This document shows positions 1 through 12,225 of a DNA stretch of 64,000 bases, one piece after another. The notes below the pieces were generated by a model that saw nothing but the letters and a program-made list of their open reading frames with translations, had not been told where the DNA came from and did no database searches. The translations under genes were made by a program, and so were the position numbers. This DNA comes from Euprymna scolopes (Eukaryota), in assembly GCA_053919585.1 (NCBI GenBank), contig CM132802.1; one strand, written 5' to 3'. Position 1 is the first letter of the stretch. Each line of letters begins with the position of its first letter.

Positions 1-1257
1 ATAGTTGCAAAACACTATCCCCGTATGTTACTTACATCTTAATAGTGACGATCACAAAAAACAAAATGAAAGAAACAGAAAGTAAGTAAAAAGGGGGCAC
101 TAGAAAATACGTATGGTATCTAGTAGTAAATGTATACTTTAAACACTCCATAGTTGCTTTAAAGCAGTTAGCCATTCAGTCGCTGTTGTTATATAGTGAA
201 AGGTAAGTGTATAATAATTGAAATGTCGAATTGTCTTTGCGACGACATATTCTAATGCTGTAAATATTCGTTTTCATTTAATTCCGGATTAAGAGAATTT
301 GGGGGCAACGAATAAGACGCAGCAGATTTTCACGAGTGGGGGGGGGGTAATATTTTGTTTATTCTACTACATGAAAGAATATGACATCTCTGTGTGTGTA
401 AAATCTGTTGAACATGTAGACTTCCTGCCGGTGTCGACTGGTTGCTGGGGTTAGGATAAAATATTAAGAAGAAAAATACGAGTCCCTTCCTCTAACGATG
501 TTGCGATGGTATTAGTGTTGCTCCTATGATGCAATGTAGTATTTTATTATAACGTCTGAATGGGTCTAAAGTGATAGTCGAAAGCTCCATGAGATAGTGG
601 CTAATAGCCTAGATATATTAAATTTGTTTGTCGCATTTGCTGTTTCAAATGTGCGTTACTTTTGTTTAAAATGTGGATTTCGGCAGTCATTTTATTATAT
701 AGGATATTACTCGAATAAACTTGTAAAACACATGAAGAACTTCATGTTTTAAAGACAGCTTAACCTTTATGAAATATTTGTTTTTGCATAAACATGTTCT
801 ATGTTCGCAGATTAACGCTGTTGTGGCTTGTAAAACTCTATGGGCAGTTAGACGATTTTAAATCGGGACGAAAATAACGACAATAGAAATAATTCAACCA
901 TTTGTTTACTGCGACAGTCATATTCAATATATGAAAAATAAAGCATACAGTTTATTTACAGATATAGTAAGTCTAAGAAAGTTTCTGATCTGCCAATACA
1001 TATAATTTTCGCAGTGTGGTTTTATTATAAACTTGCCATATTTATCACAAAGGGATCGACATTCACGCTGACTAGCATTGATCGGTTTTCTTTACATAAA
1101 CTCGTATTGATGGCAACAGATGAAGCGTAAGAAATATGGCTTGCTATCTATAATATTAGAACAAGTAATACCTTTTTATTAACAACTGTGAGAAATCTTC
1201 CCATTCATTGCCTGGACGATTTAATCTCTGGACACGAGTTCAACGTAATTAAAGAGC

Positions 1258-1259
<2 letters not shown>

Positions 1260-1323
<64 letters not shown>
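1260..1323. repeat. (TA)n microsatellite, representative of more than 15 such tracts; (TTA)n tracts at ~36281, 37094, 60985 and 61456
   Basis: Seen directly in the sequence. Confidence 0.98.
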
Positions 1324-1326
<3 letters not shown>

Positions 1327-4300
1327 GGAGTTATAAGGAAAATAAAAATAGAACATTTTAAGATCATGCAATTTCAAAGCCAGTTGATCTCTATTAGAGG
1401 AGGAGAAAAAATAGATTAAAAGTTTTTTTTTTAAGATTAGTAGCTTAAGAATGCAATATAGAAATATTTTATGTATATAGCGTTAAGAAGTACGTAAAAA
1501 TCTAGGTAGAAAGTAGATATAAAACATCTCTAATATTATATAGAACTCTAATCTAATAGATCTTGTACTTTCTTACTTGTTTACATAATGTAATAGATTT
1601 ATTATTGGCTTAATGGTTTACATCCNNNNNNNNNNNNNNNNNNNNNNNNNNNNNNNNNNNNNNNNNNNNNNNNNNNNNNNNNNNNNNNNNNNNNNNNNNN
1701 NNNNNNNNNNNNNNNNNNNNNNNNNNNNNNNNNNNNNNNNNNNNNNNNNNNNNNNNNNNNNNNNNNNNNNNNNNNNNNNNNNNNNNNNNNNNNNNNNNNN
1801 NNNNNNNNNNNNNNNNNNNNNNNNNNNNNTGTAAATTTAATTTTTTATTACATTTATTTTTCAGGACTACAAAAATTCTAAATATTCTTTAGCCCCAGAC
1901 TTTTAATGAATAGCTTATATACTCAAAGAAAACGTAGTAAACAAATTTTTAGGCTACGATTTTTGCTTATTTTCACATAAATCTAAAACTTAAATTGTTA
2001 AATTAAACATATTTATATTAAGGCCAAGAAGATACCGAACGGAATAGACTAAAGTGATATATAAAAAGAAGTACATGCACAATTACGGACGATTATTAGA
2101 AGAAACAATGAGAAAGAAGAAGACCCAGTGAATATATGTGTATGATATAATTGTCAATAAAATATAATCCGAAAATATGTAAGGCAAACTTCAATGCAAA
2201 GTAACATCTTCCAATTTGCTATGAAAATTGAACGAATAACAATGAAAATTTAATATTACACCACGATGTCAACAATACCGTACAGTTTCGTCGGCAGACA
2301 GAATATTACAAATTTTGTAAATTTGTTTCTCTTGTTGAACAAATAATGTGGTTGTGTATTTTAATTTTAATGATTCAAATCCAATATCACATGGTGTTAT
2401 TGTTTATTCTCGAATACTGATGGTTTTCATAGGGTTGGGTTTTTTTATAAAAAAACTAATGGTAATATTTTATATTTAATAATAGTGACGGTTATATTTA
2501 ATGGTAATATTTAATGGTAATATTTATACTTGCTTTAACTGTACGGAATTCTTCTTCTGTTCATTATACTAATTAAAAAGAATGGACATAATTTCAAACA
2601 TAATCATTTTGACGACTTATGTTGTATAAGCAATTCTAGGCTCATACTTCAGGCACTATAAAACTTTCAATATTTGAACTTTCCCCTCACGACTTCATGC
2701 TAACAACTGATTTATACTATGGACTGAAAAATGTTCGATATAGTGTTTGGTGAGCTGTCCTGAAAATAATGAAAACAATTTACTACCTTAATAAACATTA
2801 ATTTTCTTTGCCGACCGAAGGTCTTAAGTTAATATTCCGTTTTATTATTGTTTGTTTTCTTTAACTTAAATAAATGTACTGTGTTTCCAACTCACAAAGA
2901 CAAGGACATACAATACATTTGAATTACATCTGGGGCCAAATAAAATGTCCTGCATACTTTAACACATCGCAAATAAAAGACAAAAAATTCGTCCTCAATT
3001 TCTGAAAAAGATTACATGAATTTCAGTCGGACCAGAATGAAAATCATTTTCCAATCCGGGTATGATTATTGTTTTCAAGGTAATAAATTATACAAACCTA
3101 ACACAAAACAAACATATCATTACATTAAAACAAACTTCCTGGCTCTATAGTAACCCTTGTCGTTGCGTAGATTAACCTGTGTCAATTACAAGAATAACTT
3201 ATTAAATTATTTACAAAGTAATCAATGAAATGAATCTTCGCTCCTGATCGTAAAAATGCATTTACATGACAGGCAACGAGACATTTCTCATATATTGGAC
3301 GTTATTTGCGCCATACCCCTGTTTTTTTTCCTTAGTAAATCGTCAGTATTTTTTATTTTTATTTAATTTTTTTTCAAACCTCTGCTTTTTACAGTACAAT
3401 ATCATTTTACATAGATTCTTAAATTCCCGTTCTATTTGTTTTAACTCGTTTCTCCCCTCTTTCATTTTTCGCCGGGTTTTTTTCATCGACCTTTATCCCA
3501 TGCCGTATCTGTGTGTCATTTCATTAAAATTGCATCATTGGCGTGACCAGGTAACGAGATTGCAAATGTATATTAAACTTACATTGCTGTTTTATTAACA
3601 AAAGTTTTCAAATGTGCGTGGAATAAAGACTATCTATAAAAACGTATTCATCATAATGGTTAATGCCCATACTTAGCGTATTCGGTGTATATCCAGTATT
3701 CAATAAATAATGTGTGATGTATCTATTGCGGTCTGGATAAATAAGCACAAAATGTAACTCGTTAAATATGCTTGTAATCTAAAACAGTGTTGTTGTTTCT
3801 TTCGTGCGTGCGCGTGTGCTCAACACGTTTTTTTACATATCTTTGTCTGCGTGGCACACATACAAATGCGCACACTTTATTTTATAGTGCTTTCGAATCT
3901 GGTTGTTGGCATCTGCGCTTTAAATGCTGTAAAATAGGATATATTAATCTAAAGAGCACGATGACATCTCTGGTTATATTGTTTTATAACTCTATTTTCT
4001 GTTATCTATATGTTTGTTCCTAGTGTTGGAATTTTTGCAACTTCTCTCTAAATTTCTATCACTAAAAAAATCGTTTTTTTTACATTTCCCGGCACGCAGG
4101 AGAACATTTCTCCGTAGCTAATCTTTTCGCTTGGTCTTCGATCTGAAAATCATTTGATATAACAAAAATTCCGTTTCTATTTTATACATTTTTATGAAAA
4201 ACGGAAAATCCGTTAACCTTTTTTGTACATGAATCAACACTGTTTAATGTAAATATTCAAACGTTCCAAAATAAATTCCAAAGTCCCTTATTGATCTTAA

Positions 4301-4607
4301 ATATCTTAATCACTTTCGATATTGAATTACAATCTATTATTTTTGTTTCAAAACTAATAATCTAATCTTCTTTTAGCTCACATATATTATTTGATTGTTA
4401 CAAAATTGATTTCACGTCTAGTTTATGATCTTGTTTATTTTCATTTATTCCTTGTATGTAAGGAAATATCAGATATGTCGTATACTTTATATAAGGTGAG
4501 AAACTGATTAAAAAAATACTTTTAACCTATGCATTAATTTAAAAGTCACGTATGATTAAACATATATGAAATGAATTGAAATTTATTTACCCCTATGAGT
4601 AGAGATA

Positions 4608-4667
<60 letters not shown>

Positions 4668-5251
4668 ATTGCAACGTCTTGTCAGACGAGTGCCACTCCC
4701 TCAAACACTTAAATCCATGAGCACAAAAATGACTTTTTTTTAGTCCTATCGGTGAATTTACACGCTGAAGCAAGCCTGACACTAAAGAAGGTCATTGAGA
4801 TCAATTATTACATGCTTCCACGCGTAACAACTTTTCCATCGCCACAGGATCATGTTAATAGACAAATGTTGAAATCCAGCAGCAAGCGAAAGCAAGATAG
4901 CCAGCAACAAGTTAAACTGCAGACCAGCTTAATGCGGGTACTGGTCTCCCGCTTTATTTTTTTATCAATCAGAGATTAGCTTCTCGTAGAAAGTTTACCT
5001 ACATCACGGCTTACTGGAGCCATCCCCACCCCAACACATGCATACATGCACACAAACACACACGGCGCTACTTGGTCGTTGACCCGGAGAAGGGGTGCAT
5101 TCGTCCTTTGGAAGGTCTTGTTGTAAATCCTTCAGAGCCACTAGCCACCCTTCTCACCTAACAAGTCTTGTGAGGGAACCAGTTTAGTCGCCAGTGACCC
5201 GATCCTGAGGCAGGTAGTACTGGGTTGCATGGTACCATTAGCATAGATATA

Positions 5252-5503
5252 CACTGCGTGTAAAAAAATTAACGACATAACAATTTTTTACGAGTTTCAG
5301 AAACTTTACAGTAGTTTCGTGACAAAAGCTTTGGAAAAATTGGCAATGCTGAGCTACGCGTACTGTGAAATTTTCGTACTGTTCCGCGCAGTGTAAACAA
5401 CTTGCAATCGTAATTGCTTAATCCACGGTATTTGAGCTGTGTCAATTTATTAACAAGCCAGTTGGCTTCGTCAATAACATGGGTCGCAAAGGTGGGTTGA
5501 GTA
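5252..5503 (+). mobile_element. 5' end of a Tc1-family DNA transposon (TRT/DD37E-like): terminus and first codons of the transposase
   Basis: TA followed by CACTGCGTG terminus at 5252. ATG at 5479 gives MGRKGGLS, which continues as SSEK..ITEQVAKDKTVLEISKMIG at 12909 once the 5504-12908 insert is removed. Confidence 0.7.
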
Positions 5504-5531
5504 TCTAGAAGTGTAAGCCATGTTTAGTTTA

Positions 5532-5659
5532 AGAACAGTTTCAGATGGTTCGTTGTTCTAAACAAGTTTTGAGAGGTGACTGGTTTGCAGTAGACAGAAC
5601 AGTTTCCGATTGTTCGTTGTTACACACAAGTCCTGAGAGGTGACTTGTTTGCAGTAGAC
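5532..5659. repeat. Tandem duplication, 2 x ~64 bp
   Basis: agaacagtttc(a/c)gat(g/t)gttcgttgtt...gagaggtgact(g/t)gtttgcagtagac occurs twice head to tail. Confidence 0.9.
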
Positions 5660-5761
5660 AGTTCCACAGAGCAAAATATTCTTAGCGTGTCGAGACGGAA
5701 AAAAAAAGCATGTGAAATTGCTACAGAAAAGGTTTAATATTTATGGAGCAATTGTGGTTTC

Positions 5762-5828
5762 TGATTGGTTGGTAGCAGAACGTGAATTAATTCGATTCGT
5801 CAGTACCTAGCAGCACCGTTTATAAATA
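5762..5828 (+). promoter_or_regulatory. Candidate Pol II promoter (inverted CCAAT box plus TATA box)
   Basis: TGATTGG at ~5762 and TATAAATA at 5821-5828. The expected start site (~5851) coincides with the first copy of the repeat boundary motif. Confidence 0.4.
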
Positions 5829-5851
5829 GAATCGTCCGACTGTGTGGAATA

Positions 5852-6230
5852 ATACCCTCATCACTTCGCCTGATAAGTAAGGTCTCCTAGCGGCTTCGGC
5901 TGAAGGGAGACAGGGTAGTACAAGTCAAGGATTCGTCACTTGACACTCAGCCCAACAGGTGAGGGGACGGGAAATGGCACAACACCTGTTGGACTGATTT
6001 ACGCCGCCTGAATAATACCTAGCAGGTCCACCCTCCCAGGCCTTGCCACCGGGCTTTCCGGTGCGGCAAGTTTATTGGCTGCTGCCTGAGACGCCCTGAC
6101 CGGGGAATGCAGACGGAATTACTCAGCCAATTTTTAAAATTGCAGGAGTGACCCTTTTTAGGGGAGCCTGCGTGGTTCCCACTTTCCGGCCTTGTGCCAG
6201 ATAATGCTGATGTGGGCAGTATTTAAATAT
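5852..6230 (+). repeat. Structured ~360-380 bp unit, copy 1 (candidate SINE-like element)
   Basis: GC-rich unit repeated three times with serial hairpins GTCTCC/GGAGAC (cUUCGg loop), GTCAAG/CTTGAC, CCAACAGGTG/CACCTGTTGG and CTTGCCACCGG/CCGGTGCGGCAAG. Confidence 0.9.
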
Positions 6231-6577
6231 ATACCCCATTACTTCGTCTGATGGGGAAGGTCTCCTAGCGGCTTCGACTGCAGGGAGACAGGGTAGTACA
6301 CGTCAAGGATTCGTCACTTGACACTCAACCTAACAGGTGAGGGGACGGGAACCGGCCCAGCACCTGTTGGACTGAGGTACGCCGCCTGGCTAATACCTAG
6401 GAAATCCACCCTCCTAGGCCTTGCCACCGGGCTTTCCGGTGGGGCAAGTTTATTGTTTGCTGCCTGAGGCGCCTCGACCGGGGAATGCCGACGGGGCACC
6501 TCTTTTAAGGAAGACTGCGGGTTCCCACTTTCCGTCCTTGTGCCACATATTGCTGATGTGGGTAGCAATTAAATATA
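6231..6577 (+). repeat. Structured unit, copy 2 (about 30 bp internal deletion)
   Basis: Aligns by eye to copies 1 and 3; begins ATACCCCATTACTTCGTCTGATGGGG. Confidence 0.9.
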
Positions 6578-6966
6578 TATCCCATTACTCTGTCTGATGG
6601 GGAAGGTCTCCTAGCGGCTTGTGCTGCAGGGAGACAGGGTAGTGCACGTCAAGTATTCGTCACTTGACACTCAGCCCAACAGGTGAGGAGCCGGGAACCG
6701 GCCCAGCACCTGTTGCACTGAGGTACGCCGCCTGGGTAATACCTAGGAGGTCCACCCTCCTAGGCCTTACCACCGGGCTTTCGGGTGCCTTGCAAGTTTA
6801 TTGCTTGCTGCCTGAGGCGCCCCGACCGGGGAATACCGACGAGGTTGCCCAGGCATTTTTTTAAATTGCAGGAGTGCACCTTCGTTGGGGGAGCCTGCAG
6901 GGTCCCAATTTCCGGCCTTGTGCCACATATTGCTGATGTGGACAGCAATTAAATATATACCCCATT
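6578..6966 (+). repeat. Structured unit, copy 3
   Basis: Aligns by eye to copies 1 and 2; ends AAATATATACCCCATT directly before the Tx1 body. Confidence 0.9.
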
Positions 6967-7140
6967 ACCCCGCAGTATTTTGACTTGTGCGGCGCGTTAT
7001 TTTGTAAGCGATTTTTCTCCTTTCTGTCCTTTTCCTTTTACTTTTATCAACGCCGGTTTTTTTTTTCTACGCGACGCTTTTTTCCTGCTTTTCTTCTTTT
7101 TTTTTACTTTTCGCTTAACCGTTTTTTAAACGGTTCGGCT

Positions 7141-8712
7141 ATGGCCGTTTCTGCGAGCCAGACGCCCATTATTATCGATACGATGGTGTCGGAAAACGTC
7201 ACACCTTCTATGCCTAACATCTGTTCTAAACCCCCCAAAATAGACATCAATGTCAAAGACTTCGTTGAAAAGGCAAAACAATGCCTGGAGCTCGTCATCG
7301 ATACAGGTTTGATTGTCAACTTACCAAGGTTGGAAGAAATCCGAAAAAAGTGTCTTACACTATTTGTAGTGGACCGAAAAACAAAAAAGGTACTAACAGC
7401 AAGTACAGACATCGTCATCAACCTTTTGGCTTCAGCAGGATTTAGACCCTTACGAATTGTAAAGTGTAAGGGTTATAATAAATGTAGTGTGCTTCTCAAT
7501 TCACCAGCAGAATGCATAACCATTTCACAAAAAGAAATAATTACACCACAATATATTTTAAGAACTAAATATATGGGGAAACGTCAGACTCCATTGTTCA
7601 TGTTCCACACCACATCGAAGGAGAACATCTCGGCACCTTCTTCCTACAATTCGGCGAAATGGCATCGGTACCAGTAGACGAGTTCTAGTGTATCATCCTT
7701 CGTCATCCTCCTTGATAAGGAAAATTTTGTAAACCTTTCTTACTTCCTTGAGGTAGGAAAAGAAAAAAACTTCACATAATAGTTGCTGGTTGAAGACCAA
7801 CTTGTTGGAATTGCAGCGAGATTAGGCACCTTACGTCTTAGTGCCCCATGAAGAAACCTCAATCAAACCCAAAAAGACTCACCGGACAACACTTGGGAAG
7901 CACAACTTCTACAAGCGTTCTCAAGCCTCCCACCGAAGAAACAACCAACAACCCAGACGAAATCCTCAGAGGAGAACCCTGCCAGATCACCCCTGGGAAA
8001 ACACCCCGGACGCCTGAGCCTCGATCAGATGAAAGAACACACCATGCTAATAAACGAGCCTAGAAAGGAAAATACATCGAAATTGTTAACTTAAAAAAGA
8101 AACTGGACACTCAACGGCAATCACCATAATCCCCATGTAAACCCCCTTCTCCGAAAACAAGCCTCAAGCTTATAATCAACCGTATCACTAAGTCTTCTAC
8201 AAAGTCCAAAATTCCCTCCCCTTACAGAATGCCTCCAGTCACAAACCCCGTCCCTACCAAATTCCCAAATTGATACCCCTAAGCCCCCTTAAAAACATAA
8301 ATCCTCCTCTCCTGTTCCAGCCACCTCTGAGTCCCCTCACAATACTCATCCTGCATCCCCTACTAAGATCACTGCCGACACACATACTGATACGGACATA
8401 GACAAAAAAACAGCAAACAAGAAAAATACCCTCTACCTCCCTGGAAAAAGACATATATATCCTTAACTCAGCAGCTATTCATAACAACAAAAACTTTAAA
8501 GGTACCGACCTCACCAAACTAATTGAGTTTAAGGAGGTAGGGGGAAGCTAATAGGAATCCCCACCAATTTCTCCAAGGCTAAAAGAATACTTACAGTCAT
8601 TCGAAAACGCGAAGAGGCTACGGATTTGATGCAAATGCTGGAAGAGGCAAATATGACCTTCAATATTTTCCCTCCCCTAGCTGTTTTTAAAGACACATAC
8701 ATCAAAAACTAA
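7141..8712 (+). pseudogene. LINE ORF1 (gag-like, with zinc knuckle), disrupted
   Basis: Open frame from MAVSASQTP. CX2CX4HX4C knuckle (PTCWNCSEIRHLTS*CP) at ~7797-7850, then a Pro/Lys/Thr-rich region with stops and frameshifts. Confidence 0.7.
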
Positions 8713-8916
8713 AAAAAAGGTTGTGTTGGGAGGGTCCCGGTAAAAATGCACCACTCACTGTATAGAATAGCAAAACTGACCTATTCTTTGCATGTCGGCA
8801 GTATCTCTCGTGATGGGCTCATCGGTACTGCGATGGGTACCTATTCCCTGACGGGAGCTGTCGGCACGCTCATGACCGCGATGTTCGTTTCTGATTCTCA
8901 ACCCTAAGGCACAATC

Positions 8917-11900
8917 ATGTATCTCAAGCTTGCTAGTGTGAATGTCCGAGGGCTAAGGGCCGACTTGCGAAAGTGGCGATTGAGGTGTTTCCTGGCTAGT
9001 TAAAAGGTCCCTAGATGCGTCGTGTGACCCGTGCTACATGGATCCCGAGAGACGACTACGTGTTTTGGATGTTACCATAAAGGCAGGGCATTTCGTCTTA
9101 TTGGGGTCCATGCGCCCAATAGCCACGTTTAGCTGGCTGCCTTTTATCGACGAATCGAGCAGTTCATGGATACTTTTCGAACGGTTATCTTAGCGGGAGA
9201 CTGGAACGCGGTCCTGGATCCCAATTTAGATCGATCTTGGTTACCTTCTAGGGGAACTAACAGAAATCGGGATGCTGTTTTATTTCGTGAATTTGTGGAT
9301 AAATTTGACCTTATCGACACATTCCGAAATGAAAAGCCCCGTGACTTAGTGTGGACTTGGATAGTTAGACGCAGCTCCGGTCCAGTACAGCTCTCGATCT
9401 ATATCTACCGGTTCTTAGGAGAGTCGGTGTAGGAGTATTGAATTGCCCAAGTTTCCACAATATAGTTTACTCGGATCACAGACTTGTTCGTGTACGGATA
9501 AACTTAGATAGATATAAGCCTTGATTAGCCGGTGACTGGAAGCTCAACACGTCGTTATTCGATGTGAAGGGCTTCAGTGAAGGGCTATTACTAACCCTTC
9601 AGCGGGGATTGACGGGGGCAATTATTGGGAATAAGTGGTAGGTAAAAATTAAGGAAGCAATTAGGTCCTTTTCTGCCAACTTTAGCTAAAGACTCAACCT
9701 AGATTCTAGGGCAGCTAAAGCGACACTAGAGTCTAGATTAGATCGGGCGGTAGAGAAAAGGGATAGTGCTAGCGTTAATTTAATTAAGGCTCATATTGTC
9801 TCCCTTACTGAAAAGGAGCACCAAGATTTTAGTGATTAGGGCTAGGTTAAAAAGAATGCTCCAGGAAGCAACAAACATGGCCGCTGAACTGCGTGCAGAG
9901 GAGCTTCGGCAAGCGGCTGATAAGCACATCGCTCGTATCACATTGCTGGACGGGCGTGCCGTGACCACAGACCAGGGTGTGCTGGAGGCGTTTAGTTCTC
10001 ATTTCCAGGAGCTTTTTTTCATGGAACCCAGTCTGTCATTAGAACAGTTCGACACCTACTTGGCTGACTTTTCTCGTCTTTCGACGACCGAATCGGTTAG
10101 GTGCGAAGGTGGCATAACGGAGGATGAAATCATTGAAGCCTTAAAGCAGGTTGGCCTTAATAAGTCACAGGGGATCGATGGTCTTCCCTACGAAGTGTAT
10201 TTGAGGTTGTCGCACATCTTTGCCCCTTTGCTGACGGTTTTTTTTAACTGATGGTTTAGGAACGTCTCGATCATCAAGTACTTTTTCATGGGTGTGATAA
10301 AGCTTGTTCGTAAAACCAACGATGGTGGGGATGGGTTAGGTAATTTCAGGCCCTTAACGATGCTTAATTCAGTTAAAGATTTTGGCTAAGATTATCGCTA
10401 ATCGTCTGCAGATTGTCCTGGCTCGTCTTACTAACCCCGAGCAAACGTGCACCGTGAAGGGCAGGATAATCCAGGATAATTTGCACACGATACGCCTGAT
10501 GATAGGAAAAGGCGACACTAAGACCGCGCTCATCAATTTAGATCAGTCCAAAGCCTTCGATAGGGTTGACCATCAGTACTTGAGGGCTGTTTTGTTGGCG
10601 GCCGGTTTTGGCCTGCAATATTGCTCGTGGGTTCATCTTCTCTATGCTAACCCCGCAGTGATGGTAGACGTGAATGGGGAGAGGTCGAGGCCCTTCAGTT
10701 TGTCACGATCAATTCGTCAAGGGTGCCCATTATCACCCATGCTATACGTGCTTGTGATAGAGTAATTTTTGCGTAGGCTAAGGGTGAATCCGGTCCCACG
10801 CGGAATCACTTTGCCAGGTGCGGCTGCCCAGGTAAAGTACTTTGCCTATGCCGACGACGTAACTGTGCTTGTTACGAGCAGTGCTTAGATTAGTGTCGTC
10901 GGTGTAGAAATCAGATTGTATGATACGGTAACAGGCGCAAAAATTAACTGCGACAAGTCTGCGCATCGGTGCCTGGAGGCGTATGCCCCTTCAGGGGCCC
11001 TTTAGTTGAAGTGACGGGCCTTGCAAGATACTCGGCGTCTGGTTTGGTCCTGACCTCCAGCTGGAGAAATATTGGTCGGAGGTTCTGAAAACGGTTAAAT
11101 CCGCAGCTGCGCTGTGGATCAGTAGAAACCTTTTATTAAAGGGGAGAGCGGACGTATGTAATACCCACATCTATCCAATCTTAATTTATTGTCTACCAGT
11201 GTTTCTATCCCCGTCAGATACACTGCTATATTTGTAGAGGGCTCTTTTCAACTTTTATGGCTTGGAAGGCCCCCTATGTTCAGTCGCGATGTCTGCTATC
11301 TACATCCTTCTGAAGGCGGTCTAAGTATGGCAAACGTCGAGATTCGGCTCCACACACTACGGCTCTACTAACTAGATCGAATGTGCACACAAGACAAAGA
11401 AGACGGTGGCCTCCGGATGCAGGACACCAAGAAAGCCTTTCCGGCTTTCAGAGGGCTGCACCAGTCCGAGGGGGAGGCGCACAGGTTTCCCCCAGGTTAT
11501 TGCCCCTTCTACCGCGACTACCGGCGCGCGCTGAAGTTTCTCTTCAGAGTTAAGGAAAGCCTCTTCAACTCTCTGCTATTTGCCCGAAAGGCATTATATC
11601 GGGTGTTATTAAGGGGGTCGGTAAGGGATGTTATTGGTAAGGGGTCCCCGTTTGATGAAGGGGCAGCTTCGCTCAATCTGGCCTTGGGGTCCTTGGTCGG
11701 GATGCCTCACTAACGACGAGGCATCCTTGACCTGGCTGGAAATTCGAGATGCTCTCTGTGTCGGTAAGAGACTTAACTCAGCTGGCTTGGCGGTTTCACC
11801 TATTTTTAAACGGTGCGGCGATGAGCGCGAGACTTTATGTCACGCCTTCGTCTATTGTCGCATAGTGGTGCCGCTGATTGAGTCTGTTACAGGTCTCATG

Positions 11901-12225
11901 GTCATATCGTCGTTAATCTTGGTTCCTATCAATGTATGTAGCAATTGGGCTCCGACAACGGATAGGCTTAGAAAAGAATTGTGTGTTGACCTTGCTAGCA
12001 GTGATGAGAGGTCTTATCTGGAACACACGCATGGGAGTGGTCTACGGACCTGAGGACTTCGCTCCCCTCGACCTTATACGAATCTTCCGTTATCATTGGA
12101 AGAGTCGTATCAAGGCCGAGAGAGTTCGACTCTCTTGATCAGATTTTGTTGAAATGCGACTGTCAGTTGCGCGTGTGGGTCGGGTGAGAGAAGCAAGTCT
12201 TGACTGGTTCTTGGGTGTTCCTTAG
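8917..12225 (+). pseudogene. LINE ORF2: APE endonuclease, reverse transcriptase and C-terminal zinc finger (Tx1-like), disrupted
   Basis: Motifs MYLKLASVNVRGLR, LAGDWN, YSDH, WKLN, GIDGLPYE, LINLDQSKAFDRVDH, RQGCPLSP, YADD (~10846) and KRCGDERETLCHAFVYC. Confidence 0.92.

Noticed and set aside
400-700. Possible LINE 3' end remnant on the minus strand
   Set aside because: Only a faint peptide resemblance; not supportable without an alignment.
5060-5245. GC-richer segment with an HDV-like GG-P4-CTAA string on the minus strand
   Set aside because: No P1 partner or P3/L3 found. Probably a dispersed repeat, but only one copy occurs in the window.
6160-6222. HDV-like ribozyme at the 3' end of the unit (CCCAC...GCTGAT-GTGGG)
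   Set aside because: A P2-like stem exists, but I could not build P1, P3 and P1.1 in the required order.
6250-6930. RNase P/MRP RNA identity for the 360-bp unit (GGGAAGGTCT resembles CR-I; CCCAATT resembles CR-V)
   Set aside because: P4 pairing is poor, CR-II to CR-IV and P1 are not evident, and the CR-V-like string is not conserved among the three copies.
6314-6948. Short ORFs within the tandem units
   Set aside because: Frames are not conserved between copies; a by-product of high GC content.
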